Below are positions 25,475 through 38,760 of a stretch of 64,000 bases of DNA, in pieces (position 1 is the first letter of the stretch; every line of letters starts with the position of its first letter). Made by a program: the position numbers and the translations under genes. The notes under the pieces were generated by a model. It was not told the origin of the DNA. It was given only the letters and a program-made list of their open reading frames with translations, and did not search any database. This DNA comes from Octopus sinensis. Lineage: Eukaryota. The stretch is taken from positions 49,178,464 to 49,242,463 of the forward strand of contig NC_043011.1 in the NCBI RefSeq assembly GCF_006345805.1, written 5' to 3'.

Positions 25475-26324
25475 GAATACATATAAATATATACACATCT
25501 ACATATATGCATATACAACATACATGTACTATGCATTTGTAAATAGATGTATTATATACACGCTTACACATATATGCACGTGTGTGTGTGTGCACGTGTG
25601 CATGCTTACCTATGAATAATGTTTGCATATATATTTGTGTATATGTAAGCGTGAGAGTGGCAGAGCATGTCTAAGGTACAGTAATTATGTATTAGCACAA
25701 GAACGATTTTTTATCATACAGTTATAGAATCAGAAGCTTGATATGCTAAAGACAGCAGTTAAATTCACAGAAAAAAAACCAAACTGTCTTTAAAAAAGGG
25801 CAGGATGTATTCAATGATTATCAAAATTGGAATAAAAATGAGGATGGTTAAGGCACAGCCATTTTGATTCATTTTCTCTGCATTAATATTATTATATATT
25901 TATCAAACAAATATATCTTACATTTCACATTATACAAAAAAAAGTATCATGAGACATTGAGTAACAATGAATAAAAACTTATTTGCTAAGGACATTACCT
26001 ACAAGTGCAGAGTCGATACCAATACCTAACAGTTAAGCTCCCATTGACATGACATCCCACTGATTTAAATCAAGGTACGATTCACACACTTATGTGTTTA
26101 GACCACCTAAATCAAGTTATATTACCTTGCTTCAGCTACTAACAAAACACATATAGACATATGTATGTATACATATATGTATGTATGTGTGTATGAATGC
26201 ATGCATGCATATATATATATGTATATGTAAGTGCATATATGTGTGCATATACACACATATTTGTGTGTGTATGAGAGAGAGAGAGAGTACATATATATAG
26301 ACATGGCTGTGTGGTTAAGAAGTT

Positions 26325-26856
26325 CATCAAAGCCAATAACCCGGATATAGTTGTGAAAGACCAAAACAATAAAATTTGCTTATTGATCGACATGAGCATC
26401 CCCTGTGATCATAATATCTCGGCGAAAGAGTTTGACCAGCTCAGAAAATATAAAGACCTGCTCATTGAAATTGAGAAAATGTGGCATCTCAAGGCGGTTA
26501 CAATACCAGTGATCGTAGGAGCACTAGGAATGATCAAGAAGGGAACCGAAAATTATATGAGAATGATCCCTGGCTTATCATCCCTGCAAGAAGTGCAAAA
26601 GATTGTCTTAACTGGTACATCACACATATTGAGAAGAGCATTGTCGATGTGAGAACTGTATTTTAATTTAAATTTATTTCTATAAAAAAAAAAAATGAAC
26701 GAACTATTGAGTATAGTTTAATGGCCTACCAATGTATACTATGAGTTTCTTTGCCCTAGGAGTTAGGAAGACACTCGGTGAGAAATGGAAGCAAATTTGA
26801 AAGAAGAAGAAAAAAATGATAATAATAATAATAATAAGAAGAAGAAGAAGAATAAT
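26325..26856 (+). mobile_element. R4/Dong-type non-LTR retrotransposon 3' end (restriction-like endonuclease)
   Basis: NNPDIVVKDQNNKICLLIDMSIPCDHNISAKEFDQLRKYKDLLIEIEKMW...PVIVGALG carries the RLE PD..D..KY motif. Stop at 26650-52, 3' UTR, then (AAT)n(AAG)n. Confidence 0.85.
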
Positions 26857-27412
26857 TGCCCTGATGCAGTACCAGGCAGTGGCTCTCATGGCTTCTGATC
26901 TTAACTGATTGGAAGTGTTATTATGTACATTGTTTTGTCTTGGTATAAAAGATGGGCTACAGCAAATATTCTGCTCAATACCACAGATTTGCTTGTCAGT
27001 TGTTTGACCATAACCAGTTGAGCGTGTCCCTTAGTGGCTGACGATATGTGCATCTCTGATCACGAGCAGAAGTAGTGGGGGAGCATCATAGCCATGTGTT
27101 GAGAGGGAATCTTTGGGGTTTGAATAATTCACCTCTGGAAACATGGGTGGTTCTTTCAACATCCTTAAACAACCCTTATTCAGGGACCTTTTGAGCGGGA
27201 TGGGCTACTCAACCTGATGAAAATTCTAACTGGGCCCCACCTGCAAGGTCATGTGCTGTTTATCTTGATATGAGATCACCATGTCGCGCACATATGGTTG
27301 TGATGCATGTGCCTGGTGTACCCTTATCAGACGGGTAGTCATGATGGGTATATTGGGCTTCGTATATTTTACCCCAGTGTCACTTAGATGGCATGCACTG
27401 CTCTCTCACTCA
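26857..27412. mobile_element. 556-bp non-coding element inserted in an (AAT)n tract
   Basis: Begins TG, ends CA, flanked by ATAAT on both sides, TATAAAA at 26944-50. No long ORF. Confidence 0.5.
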
Positions 27413-27832
27413 ATAATAATAATAATAATAAGAAGAAGAAGAAGAATTATGATGATGATGATATACATATATGTATGTATTCTTGTGAGTTTCATTTTAA
27501 GAATATACTATAAAGGATATTTATCCAGTTTTGTTAAGAAAATAAATTTGTTGGGAACACATTCACTTAAAGAATTACATCTGGAAATTTATCACTAAAT
27601 AAAATTTGCACATACACTCACACACATATATACATGCACACATACATTAATTCATACAAGTGCATCTGTGTATGTAGGATTCTATGTGTGTGTATATATA
27701 TTTATGCATATATACAAATATATATTCACACATATATATGTGTGTGTGTGTTTGCATGGCACATTTGTATATATTCCCACCCATGCAAGCGTGGAAGGCA
27801 AATGTTAAACGATGATTGATATATATATATAA

Positions 27833-27865
<33 letters not shown>

Positions 27866-27893
27866 CACACATATATATATGTATGTATGCATG

Positions 27894-27925
<32 letters not shown>

Positions 27926-28259
27926 TCTTACATACATATATATATGTATATATATGTATATATATATATGTATAAAAGCTTCTCAAATGAAGTGTATTGA
28001 TGCTAAATAGAGGTTGGAATGATGAGTTTACATACATTTTCACCTAATTTTATGCTTGTATGGAATGGAGGAGATATATGTAAATTTATTTAAATTTATT
28101 TAAATAATATTAAATATTTAATGTTTTATTTAATTTCTTTTTGTTTTACTATGATATACTTTCCAATATTATTTTTTTTGTTTTTGATTCAGTTGCTTTA
28201 TTTCAAAATGTAATTTAATCATTGTCACATTCCAAATACATATTCGCTGTGAAGATGAG

Positions 28260-28380
28260 GATGACTGCTGTGGTGATGATGATGATGATGATGATGAAGA
28301 GAAATTAAGGTTAGAAAGGATGGTACAGCTGCTGATGGTGATGATTATGATGAAGGCAAATTAAAGTTAAAAAGGATGGT

Positions 28381-28411
<31 letters not shown>

Positions 28412-29630
28412 AAAATGATGATAAGGAGGAGGATGAGAGGGATGATGATGTAGATGATGATGATGATGGTAGTGGTGTTGTGGTGGTGGTGGTGGTGGTA
28501 TTGGCAGTAGCAGTGGCAGTGATGAGAATGATGATGGTGAGGTTGAATACGATGATGATGAAAATGATGATGAAGATGAGGATGAGGATGATGAAAATAA
28601 TGATGATGATGGTGGTAGTGGTGTTGGTGGTGGTGTTGGCAGCAGCAGTGGCAGTGATGAGAATGATGATGGTGATGTTGAATACGATGATGATGAAAAT
28701 GATGATGAACATGACGAAGATGATGAGGGAGATGAGGAGGATGAGGAGGATGAAGATAATGATGATGATGGTGGTAGTGGTGTTGGTAGTGGTGTTGGTG
28801 TTGGTGGTGGTGTTGGCGGCAGCAGTGGCAGTGATGAGAATGAAGACGATGATGATGGTGATGAAAAAAAGGGACAACAACTATGATGAGGAGGAGAATG
28901 GGGAGGAAGATAATGATGATGAAGTAGTGGTGGTGGTGGTGGTGGTGGAGAAGAGGAAAATGATGGTTAATATGATGATGATGATGGTGAGAAAACTGCT
29001 GTTGCTTCTGCTGAGAGTGATGATTACAACAATGATGATGATGAAGGTGTTGGTGTTGGTGGTGGTGGTGGCGAAGGTGGTGATTGTTCATGGTGATTGC
29101 TTTTATTGAACTGCAGCTGTTGATGATGATAACAACAACGTGGAAAGTGGTGGGGGGGGGGTGGCACCGATGGCGGGGATGATAACTATTAGTGTCATAT
29201 TAAAAAATGAGACTAACGTCGATTAAGATAATATTGTTTATGTGACGATGACGACGATAAAGACGAGGAGGAAGAGGAGGAGGAGGAGGAGGAGGAGAGA
29301 CAGGATGATGAATGATGAGGATGATGATTATATTAATGATGATGATGATGATGATGGAAACGATGATGATGATCATGATGATGATTAGGTTAATAATGAT
29401 GATGAGGAGGATATCGATGAAGAGGATAATTATGTTAATAATGATGATGATGATTATGATGATGATTATGATGATGCCCGTGATTACGATGACTATTGTG
29501 ATGGTGAAGATGATGACTAATGATTTCAAAGCCCAATAACAACAATGATGGTTATGATGGCAATAACAAAGACCCTGATGCTGACGATAACGATGATGCT
29601 GACAATGGCAATGACGATGATGGTGATTCA
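28260..29630 (+). repeat. GAT/GGT trinucleotide-derived low complexity with internal block duplications
   Basis: Block GCAGTGGCAGTGATGAGAATGATGATGGTGA...GAATACGATGATG recurs about three times between 28490 and 28860. Confidence 0.85.
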
Positions 29631-29874
29631 TACAACATACATAACACTTCTAAACATCGGTTCTCCGGCAGCAAATAGTCAATCGTAATAAAGCCATAAT
29701 TACTCGGTGTATAATAGAGAGACGGCAGAGCATAACACTTGCTTTCTAATTTCAGCCGAAATTGCAGTTATTTAACTAATTTCCATTGATAAATGATAAT
29801 TGCTCATTGATATGTACATAACAATATGTGCAACATACAGGCATGTGTGAATACACATGTGTGTATATATGTTG

Positions 29875-29907
<33 letters not shown>

Positions 29908-29935
29908 CTCACACTCTCTCTCACACATGTATAAA

Positions 29936-29968
<33 letters not shown>

Positions 29969-30179
29969 GACACACACACACACACACACACACAACAACA
30001 CACACATGCATGTTAGTCTTCACTACCCCCTATTTTTTGTCTCGCTTGCACTCACAGGTCATTCTTCGAAACCATCCCTTCTCCTCTCTGATTCCTTCTT
30101 TCTCTCTCTTCTCTCTCTTTGTTGCGTTTGTCCCCCTTCTCTCTCTCTCTTCCTTTGCTTCTCTTTCTTTCTTTTCCCT

Positions 30180-30665
30180 CTTCTCTGTCACGTGACTGTT
30201 GGCCGAAATCTGCCTTTCAGCTCTGACCCTCGTCGTGTTAACATCGTTGTTTTTCGTCCGCCGCTATAAAGGCTTTTTCCAATGCGCCAGAGAAAAATTT
30301 GTTTGCTTGTTATCAGTCGTAAGAACATTGTTTGTCAACGTTAATGCTTCTGTATTTCATGTTTCTGTATTCCATTATTGTTTTTTGTTTTTTTATATTC
30401 TGTCCCTTTTGCTGTCCTGGTGTTCGTATGCATTCGATCCTTCTTCCAGGAAATCTACGCTTCCAGCTTAGTTTTTCTAATGCTCGTTGCTTAGTTTTTC
30501 TTGGAGGGCTGGCCGTGATCTAGTAATCTCAAGATTAATCAGCCGAAATTACTACGATGATCCGGTTCTTGACTGAAGACTGAGGGGTTCGAATGTCCTG
30601 TCCATGTTTATTGTATCGTTTCTAAGAGTTATACGTCTTGTCCATGTTGTATTTTTCTACATACC
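30180..30665 (+). mobile_element. Unclassified interspersed element containing hammerhead-like parts
   Basis: CpG-containing non-microsatellite block with a long hairpin 30513-30565 and CTGAAGA at 30573-79. Confidence 0.35.
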
Positions 30666-30820
30666 TTAATATTATATATATATATATATATACACACACA
30701 TACACACACAAGCACAAGCTGACTATTGTAAGTAATATCTATTAGGTGGAAACTATAGAGAAGTGGTCTTGTGTGTACATATATGCATGTGTGTGTGTGT
30801 GTTCATATTTGATATATATA

Positions 30821-30856
<36 letters not shown>

Positions 30857-31159
30857 TGTATGTATGTATGTATGTATATATATATCATTATTATTATGTT
30901 ACAAAAAGGTATGGAGAAGTTATAGGGTGATACACAAGTACTCAACTATGAGAGCAGTGTGTCTTATAGCAGAAACGGCTACAAGCTAATGAAGTTTATT
31001 ACATATTTTTTTATTCCCTTGTCCACAAATTAATTTCTTGATACTGTTCTGTTCTGAACTGACACTTGTATTGAGTTCTAACACCAGGTTATTAGTATCA
31101 CTATGAGAAACAAAATAATAATAATAATAATAATAATCATTTCTACTGTACTACTACTA

Positions 31160-31194
<35 letters not shown>

Positions 31195-32774
31195 ACTAGG
31201 AAGGACTACCACTACTACTCTGCTGCTGCTGCTGCTGCCACTACTACTACTACTACTACCACTACTACAACAGGGCAAACTGCTTAGTAGCATTTCGTCT
31301 GTCTACAACAAATTCTGAGTTCAAATTCCACCAAGGTCAACTTTGCCTTTCATCTTTTCAGGGTTGATGAAATAAGTACTAGTTGAACGCTGGGGTCAAT
31401 ATAATTGACGTACATCTTCCCCTAGAATTGCTGGACTCATGCCAAAATTTGAAACCATTACTATTATTATTATTATTATCAACATCATCATCATCATCAT
31501 CATCATTATTATTATTAAGGTGACAAGCAGGCAGAACCATTAGCAGCCTATTCTAAATGCTTAGAAGCATTTCATCCATCTTACCATTCTGAGTTCAAAT
31601 GGTGCTAAGGTTGACTTTGCCTTTCCTCCTTTTGGGGTCGAAAGGTGGTGGTGGTGGTGGTGGTAGTAGCAGTAATCTTATTATTTTATAATTTAATACA
31701 GTTGTGTTTGATATTTGTTTTTTCCTTTTTTTTTTTTCCAGAGAGTAGCAACTTAAAGTAGAAAAAAACAGTGAAATGTCAGAGAAGAGAACTAAATCTA
31801 TTTAATTTCTTGAGTGTAAAGATTAAGAAATCTAATCCCTTTTAGGTTGACACTATATTTGGCTTCTCTTTTTTACTTCCAGATCTTTTTCTTTCTTCTT
31901 GTTTTTTTTTTTATCTTCCTCTGTTTTTTTTTTTTCTTCTTCCTCCTTGACATTGATAAAATACTTATGAATAATACATTTGCTTCGATTTAGTCTTCTT
32001 ACACCTACCTCCACTTTTAAATAAACCATCAGGCTTCAGTAGAAATAAGCAAAAAATGAAATCAATTGATTTCATCAATGATATCACCTTATTTTCAAGT
32101 CCTGCAATATATGATGCAAATTTACGTCAATAGCCTAATGGTATCGTTGCTTGTTGAAGGCAGTGAGCTGGCAAAAACGTTAGCACGCCGGGCGAAATGC
32201 TTAGTGGTATTTCGTCTGCGTTACATTGTGAGTTCGAATTCCGCCGAGGTCGACTTTGCCTTTCATCCTTTCGGGGTTGATAAATTAAATACCAGTTACG
32301 CACTGGGGTCGATGTAATCGACTTAATACCTATGTCTGTCCTTGTTTGTCCACTCTGTGTTTAGCCCCTTGTGGGTAATAAAGAAATAGGTATTTCGTTT
32401 GCTGCTACGTTCTGAGTTCAAATTCCACTGAGGTCGACTTTGCCTTTCATTCTTTCGTGGTCGATAAATTAAGTACTAGTTATGTACTGGGGTCGATGTA
32501 ATCGACTTAATCTGTTTGTCCCCTCTGTGTTTAGCCCCTTGTGGGTAGTAAAGAAATAGGTATTGTTTCTTGTCACTGTTGTTGTTGAGTGTTAGATAAT
32601 AGGCGCAGGAGTAGGTGTGTGGTAAGTGGCTTGCTTACCAACCACATGGTTCCAGGTTCAGTCCCACTGCATGGCACCTTGGGCAAGTGTCTTCTACTAT
32701 AGTCTCGGGCTGACCAAAACCTTGTGGGTGAATTTGGTAGAAAGAAACTGAAAGAAGCCCGTCGTAGATATATA

Positions 32775-32806
<32 letters not shown>

Positions 32807-33896
32807 GGGAGAATTCACGAAAAAACAAAAGACGAAGACAGGTGGTGTAGAAAATAAACAGATGTATTAGTAACATGCTTGGGAATTGAAAAAGTCTTTT
32901 ACATTTCGAGCCGACACTCTTCCACAGAAAGGAACAAGGAGAGAAACAAGGAGAGAAAAAAAAATGCGTGTAGTGGTTACCGATCTATCATATATGTTTG
33001 TGTGTCTGTGTTTGTCCCCCCAACATCGCTTGATAACCGATGCTGGTGTGTTTACATCCCCGTCAGTTAGCGGTTCGATATAAGAGACCGATAGAATAAG
33101 TACTAAGCTTACAAAGAATAAGTCCTGGGGTCAATTTGCTTGACTAAAGGCGGTGCTCCAGCATGGACACAGTCAAATGACTGAAAGCAAAATAAAAGAA
33201 AATAAAGAAAATGCGGGATTACTTGATGTTAGACTTTTAGAGTTTGTCTATAATTATAGACCTTTAGATACTTGACTATTTGGTCGTTAGACTTCCACAG
33301 TGAGACCTTTTAGAATATTAAGTATAAAACTTTCTGAAACAGATTAGCATCAGGTTGTTTAGTGTTATATATGTTCAGCATTAGGCTGTTTAATGTTAAA
33401 CTGTTCATTGTTAAATGCTGACAGTTTAAGGTGAGACTGTTTATTGTTAGACTCTTCATTGATCAGTCTCTTCATTATCAGTCATTTGACTGTGGCCATG
33501 CTGGAGCATCGCCTTTCAGTTGAAAGCATCAACCTCCAGGATTTATTCTTTGTAAGCCTGGAACTTATACTATTGGTCCCTTTTGCTGAACTGCTAAGTT
33601 ACGAGGACGTAAACACACCAACATTGGTTGTCAAGCAATGATGGAAGGGACAAACACAGACACAAAGACACACAGACATAAAAATATACATACATACATA
33701 TATATATATGTGTGTGACTGTTCAATGATGAGTGTTCACTATCATCAGTGTTCAATGTGAGACTGTCTAGCATTAGGCTTTTTATTATTAGGCTGTTCAA
33801 TGTTGACTGTTCAACATGAGACTGTTAATTGTTTAGCCCTTTCTATGTTTAACCCCTTGTGGGCAGTAAAGAAATAAGAAACTGAAAGAAGCTCAT

Positions 33897-33932
<36 letters not shown>

Positions 33933-34309
33933 TGTATGTATGTATGTATATATTTATGTGTGCGTGTCTTTGTGTCTGTGTTTGTCCCTCCCATCGTTGC
34001 TTGACAACCGATGTTGGTGTGTTTACATCCTCGTAACTTAGCAGTTCAGCAAAAGGGACCGATAGTATAAGTTCCAGGATTACAAAGAATAAAATCCTGG
34101 AGGTTGATGCTTTCAACTGAAAGGCGATGCTCCAGCACGGCCACAGTCAAATGACTGATACAAGTAAAAGAATTAGACTGTTCAGCACTACAGCACCTGT
34201 TGTTAGAATGTTTACCGATTAACTGGAAAGTGCTTAAACCGTTTGGAGTTAGAATCTTAATGTTATACTATCTCCTAATATAATAAGGAGTATAGTGTTT
34301 TTATATATT

Positions 34310-34344
<35 letters not shown>

Positions 34345-34616
34345 CAAGAATCATGCTAGATGCAGAGGATAGGAAATAGTAATTCAGTGAAGGAGAAGTA
34401 GTGAGAGTAATAGCCCTGACAGAGAAAGATTGAGAGAAAGTAATAACAATGCGGAAAAGGAAAGGGTGATAGATGAATAAAGAAGGGGTGAAAATATAAA
34501 ATCAGCATTTCAACTCTGTGTGAGTATATGTGTGTATGTGTGCACATGTACAAGGGAAGTATGTGAATATTTGCATGTGTGATTATTATGTACCTTATTT
34601 TTACCTTATCTATATA

Positions 34617-35018
34617 CTAGCAGTATAGCCCAGCATTGCTCGGGTTTGTTTTGTTTCCGATCCTTTAGAATTGGAATTTTTGAAAAGTAAAACTTTTGCA
34701 TTATGTAACTTGTTATTCTCTTTAAGTGGACATTTTTCTGGTTGAAATACACTGAAAAATGGCAAAACAGCAGTAAAAAAATCGTAAAAATAGGGATTTT
34801 CATAGACAAAAAAAAGCACCTTTTTAATGTAAATAATTTTTGGTCTTAACATGGTCCGATTTGAATTTTTTCTTCAACGGAATGAAGAGAAAACCTTCAT
34901 CTATCATACTCTCAATTTGGGTCAACTTGCATCACAGGATCTCAGAGGAGATAGTGTTAGTTGAAGGCTACCAAACCTGTCACACACACACAGACAACTT
35001 CAGCTTTATATATATAGA
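34617..35018 (-). mobile_element. Non-autonomous Helitron
   Basis: Minus strand 5' TCTATATATATAAAG, subterminal hairpin CCCGAGCAATGCTGGG, 3' CTAG, inserted between A and T. Confidence 0.8.
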
Positions 35019-35579
35019 TAAAATACAACAATTAGCCATCATTAGTGATGGCACGTGGTCAGCTAGTCTATTAATAATATAACATAAAACATTAGCCTGT
35101 TCAGAGTTAGACTCCAAAGTATTAAAACTGCAAAATATTAATGTATAACATATTAAGTCTGTTAAGTGTTTAACTATTTGTTGTTAAGCTGTAAACTGTT
35201 CAACAGTTTAGTAGTAGGAAGTTAAAAGTTTCTAACTTGATCTGTTGGTGTTTATTAATTTATCAACTTATTTTCAATTTTTTTTGTCTTTTTTTTCTTT
35301 TTCTTTTTTTTTTCTATTTGCCTTCTATTAATGTTAGATATTTTCTCTCGAACCTATTGATTAAATCTAATCAGCTATTAATCAGTTTTAGCGTTAGAGC
35401 ATCAGTATAATAATTCTAGAAACATTTTCGGGGGGGTGGGGGTTGTGCGGGTTGGGGGAGGGGTGGCGGGGTTAGGAATGTGGTGGTGGTGGTGGTGGTC
35501 GTGTCGGGTCGTGGTGGTGGATTTGGTGATGAGGGCAGATATGAAAATCAGGGGAAAATAAAACAGAAAAGCATAAAAA

Positions 35580-36060
35580 AGAATATATGCATGCATGTAT
35601 GTATGTATATATATGTATGTATATATGAATACACACACACACATATATATGTATATATATGTATGCATGCATGTATGTATATATATGTATGTATATATGT
35701 ATGTATATATGAATACACACACACATATATATGTATATATATGTATGCATGCATGTATGTATGTATATATATGTATGTATATATGTATGTATATATGAAT
35801 ACACACACACATATATATGTATATATATGTATGCATGCATGTATGTATGTATATCTATGTATGTATTATGAATACACCACACATATATATTATATATATG
35901 TAGCATGCATGTATGTATATATATATATGTATGTATATATGTATGTAATATGAATACACCACACATATTATGTATATATTATGCATGCATGTATGTATGA
36001 TATATATATTATGTATATATGTATGTATATATGAATACACACAACACATATATGTATATA
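35580..36060 (+). repeat. Compound (TA)/(TATG)/(CA) satellite with a recurring ATGAATACAC(AC)n marker
   Basis: ATGAATACAC recurs six times at irregular ~65-85 bp spacing. Confidence 0.75.
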
Positions 36061-36088
36061 TATGTATGTATATCCATATGTATGTATA

Positions 36089-36127
<39 letters not shown>

Positions 36128-36471
36128 TATATATATATAGAGCATATATTATATGTATGTATACATATATATTTATCAACATATACAAAGTGATATATTT
36201 ATTTACATATAAACACAAACTCACAGATAGATTCATTTCACACACACACACACACCACACACACACACATACACTCGTGTGTGTTAGTGTGTGTGTGTGT
36301 GTACGCTTTTGTAATATAGAATCAAATTCTATAAAAAAAAAATCACACCTAAGTAAAAAACAAAATAAAAAAATATGCGAAATAACATAATTTGATAAAT
36401 CAGTGTCAGAAACAGAGAAAATTGTGTGTGAGTGAAAGTATACATGTACATATGCATAGGTAAATATACAG

Positions 36472-36522
<51 letters not shown>

Positions 36523-36680
36523 TGAGTGTATGTTTGTGTGTGTGTATGTGTGAGTGTTTGTATTTCTACATAAATAGACACACACATATATACATTGTGT
36601 ATATATATATAAATATACATATATAAATATATGAATATACATATATAAATATACATATATATATATATGTATATATATAA

Positions 36681-36711
<31 letters not shown>

Positions 36712-36986
36712 TATATATATGCATATATATATATATATATATACATACAGGAATATATATATATATACCTATATATACATACATAAACATATATATCTCC
36801 CTATATTTACATACGTAAATATATATATATATATATACCTGTATATACATATCACACATATATATATATATATACATACCTATATATATCTACATATATA
36901 TGTATATACACACTCACCAACACACACAACACACACACAAATGCACTGAGGAGAGACGGCTATAGAGATATAGATAGATAGAGAGC

Positions 36987-37019
<33 letters not shown>

Positions 37020-38146
37020 CAAGAAGCACATTAATTTATAGATACTCAAGGGTACACAATCAATTTTGAAAGCTTTCGCTTCATTCTCAAATAAACCTAT
37101 TTAGTGTAACAATGGTTGATTTATTGAAGTTTGCGTATATTTTTTTAGATATACGCATCTAGGTACTTAAAGCAAGATTTGAAACTTTCTGTTTTCTGGT
37201 TCCATAATGTTGTAGTATTTATTCCCATTATCAGAATTGGTATCTAAGCTGTCTGCCAAGTTCCTTCGTTCAACACAAAATACCTGGGAAATATTGCTGT
37301 TTTGTTTCGTGATGTATGCTGGAATTGAAATTTCTTTAAACTGGTGGCTAGGTGGTTAAGGTGTTTGCATTGTATCCAATAAGTGTTTGGGTTCAAGTCC
37401 TCATTGTTTCCAAGCAAGATTGTATTTTCCTATGCCCAGGCATGTTTTCATGGGAGATTGCAAATATAAGACACCGCTTGCATGTTAGTGACTCTCATTT
37501 ACAACTGTCTCTCAATGTCAAGGCAGGGAGACAGTAACACATACACACACACACAAACACACATGTATGTATGTACGTACAGGCATAGACTTGGCTGCAG
37601 GATGTATAGGTTGCCTTCAAACCACATGGTTTCTGGTTCAGTCCTCCAATGTGACATCCGGAGTAAGTAAAGTATCTTCTCCTATAGCCCTGGGTTGACC
37701 AAAATTACGTAAGTGGAGTGAGTGAATTTGGTTGAGGGAAACTGAAAGAAGCCTCTTGCATGTGTGTGTGTATGTATGTGCGTGTGCATGTGTGTGTGTA
37801 TGTACACATGTTGGTCAGTGTGTGTACATGTATATTTGTGTATGGGTCTGTGTGTGGACACATATGATGTAAGTATGAAGCATGATGCATGAGAAACTGG
37901 ACATTAAATCGATGTTTCAATGAGGAGAGGGGAATGATATGGAGGAAGAGGAGGAAGATAAGGGTGATGATGACAACGATTAATTTGACCATTTTGACCA
38001 TATCACACAAGGAGTTTTAGGCAGGCAATTTAAACTGGTCGTGTGCATACGTGCATATATATATATATGTATGTATAAGTTCGTATATGTATGTATTCGT
38101 ATGTTATATATATATATGTATTTGTATTTATGTGCTATCTAAGTAT

Positions 38147-38205
38147 ATTCCACTGATGAAGGCAGAGCATGTTATATGCAGGGCCAGAAATCTGGGATCT
38201 GGAAT
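38147..38205 (+). ncRNA. Minimal type I hammerhead ribozyme motif
   Basis: Stem I ATTCCA/TGGAAT, core CTGATGA 38153-59, stem II GGC/GCC with inner GCAT/ATGC, GAAA 38187-90, stem III ATC/GAT, AUC site at 38199. A-A mismatch at the base of stem II. Confidence 0.6.
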
Positions 38206-38342
38206 TATCCAGTAATTTCTTTTACTAGTTTATTTTGTCTCTTTGTCTTCTCTCCTGGTGCTGTATGAACATTTAATAGGGTTTTAAAATCAAGTTTTGG
38301 CTGCTATTTCCAGCGTGGTGGTATCTCTTAGATATCATAAAT

Positions 38343-38430
<88 letters not shown>

Positions 38431-38669
38431 GTTAATTAATAAAACATATATCAGAAAAGAAGCATAATTGAAAGAATAGAGCAGTAATTATTATAACAAG
38501 AATCTTATATCCTAGACATAGAGTTATCCAAGGTCTTGCATTAACAAAGTCAAAGCCTTGTAGACAGCTCGTCAGACTCATAGAGTCAAAGACAAAAATT
38601 TAGCCACAAACTGGATGTGTCTATTCACCCCCAACAAGAGAGAGCAGTCACCATATTTCATTCCATGAT

Positions 38670-38760
38670 GGCTACCTCTGATGAGCACAAGGTTACATAA
38701 TCAAACTGTACCTAACACTCCGTTGAATACATATCATGAAACCAATTGGTAAGATCAGCC
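38670..38760 (+). ncRNA. Degenerate type I hammerhead motif
   Basis: CTGATGA 38678-84, GAAA 38738-41, perfect palindrome ACCAATTGGT 38741-50, GUA site, imperfect stem I GGCTACCT/AGATCAGCC. Stem II is poor. Confidence 0.45.

Noticed and set aside
27210-27240. CTGATGA here and at 7718, 7512 (-) and 16990 (-); CTGACGA at 38570 (-)
   Set aside because: No stem II + GAAA + stem III arrangement follows any of them.
28311-29109. His-rich, Met-rich and Asp-rich long ORFs
   Set aside because: GAT/GGT triplet repeat read in different frames.
37170-37286. Minus-strand open segment VFCVERRNLADSLDTNSDNGNKYYNIMEPENRKFQILL* after an acceptor-like tttcccag
   Set aside because: Isolated, no recognisable motif, and a length expected by chance.
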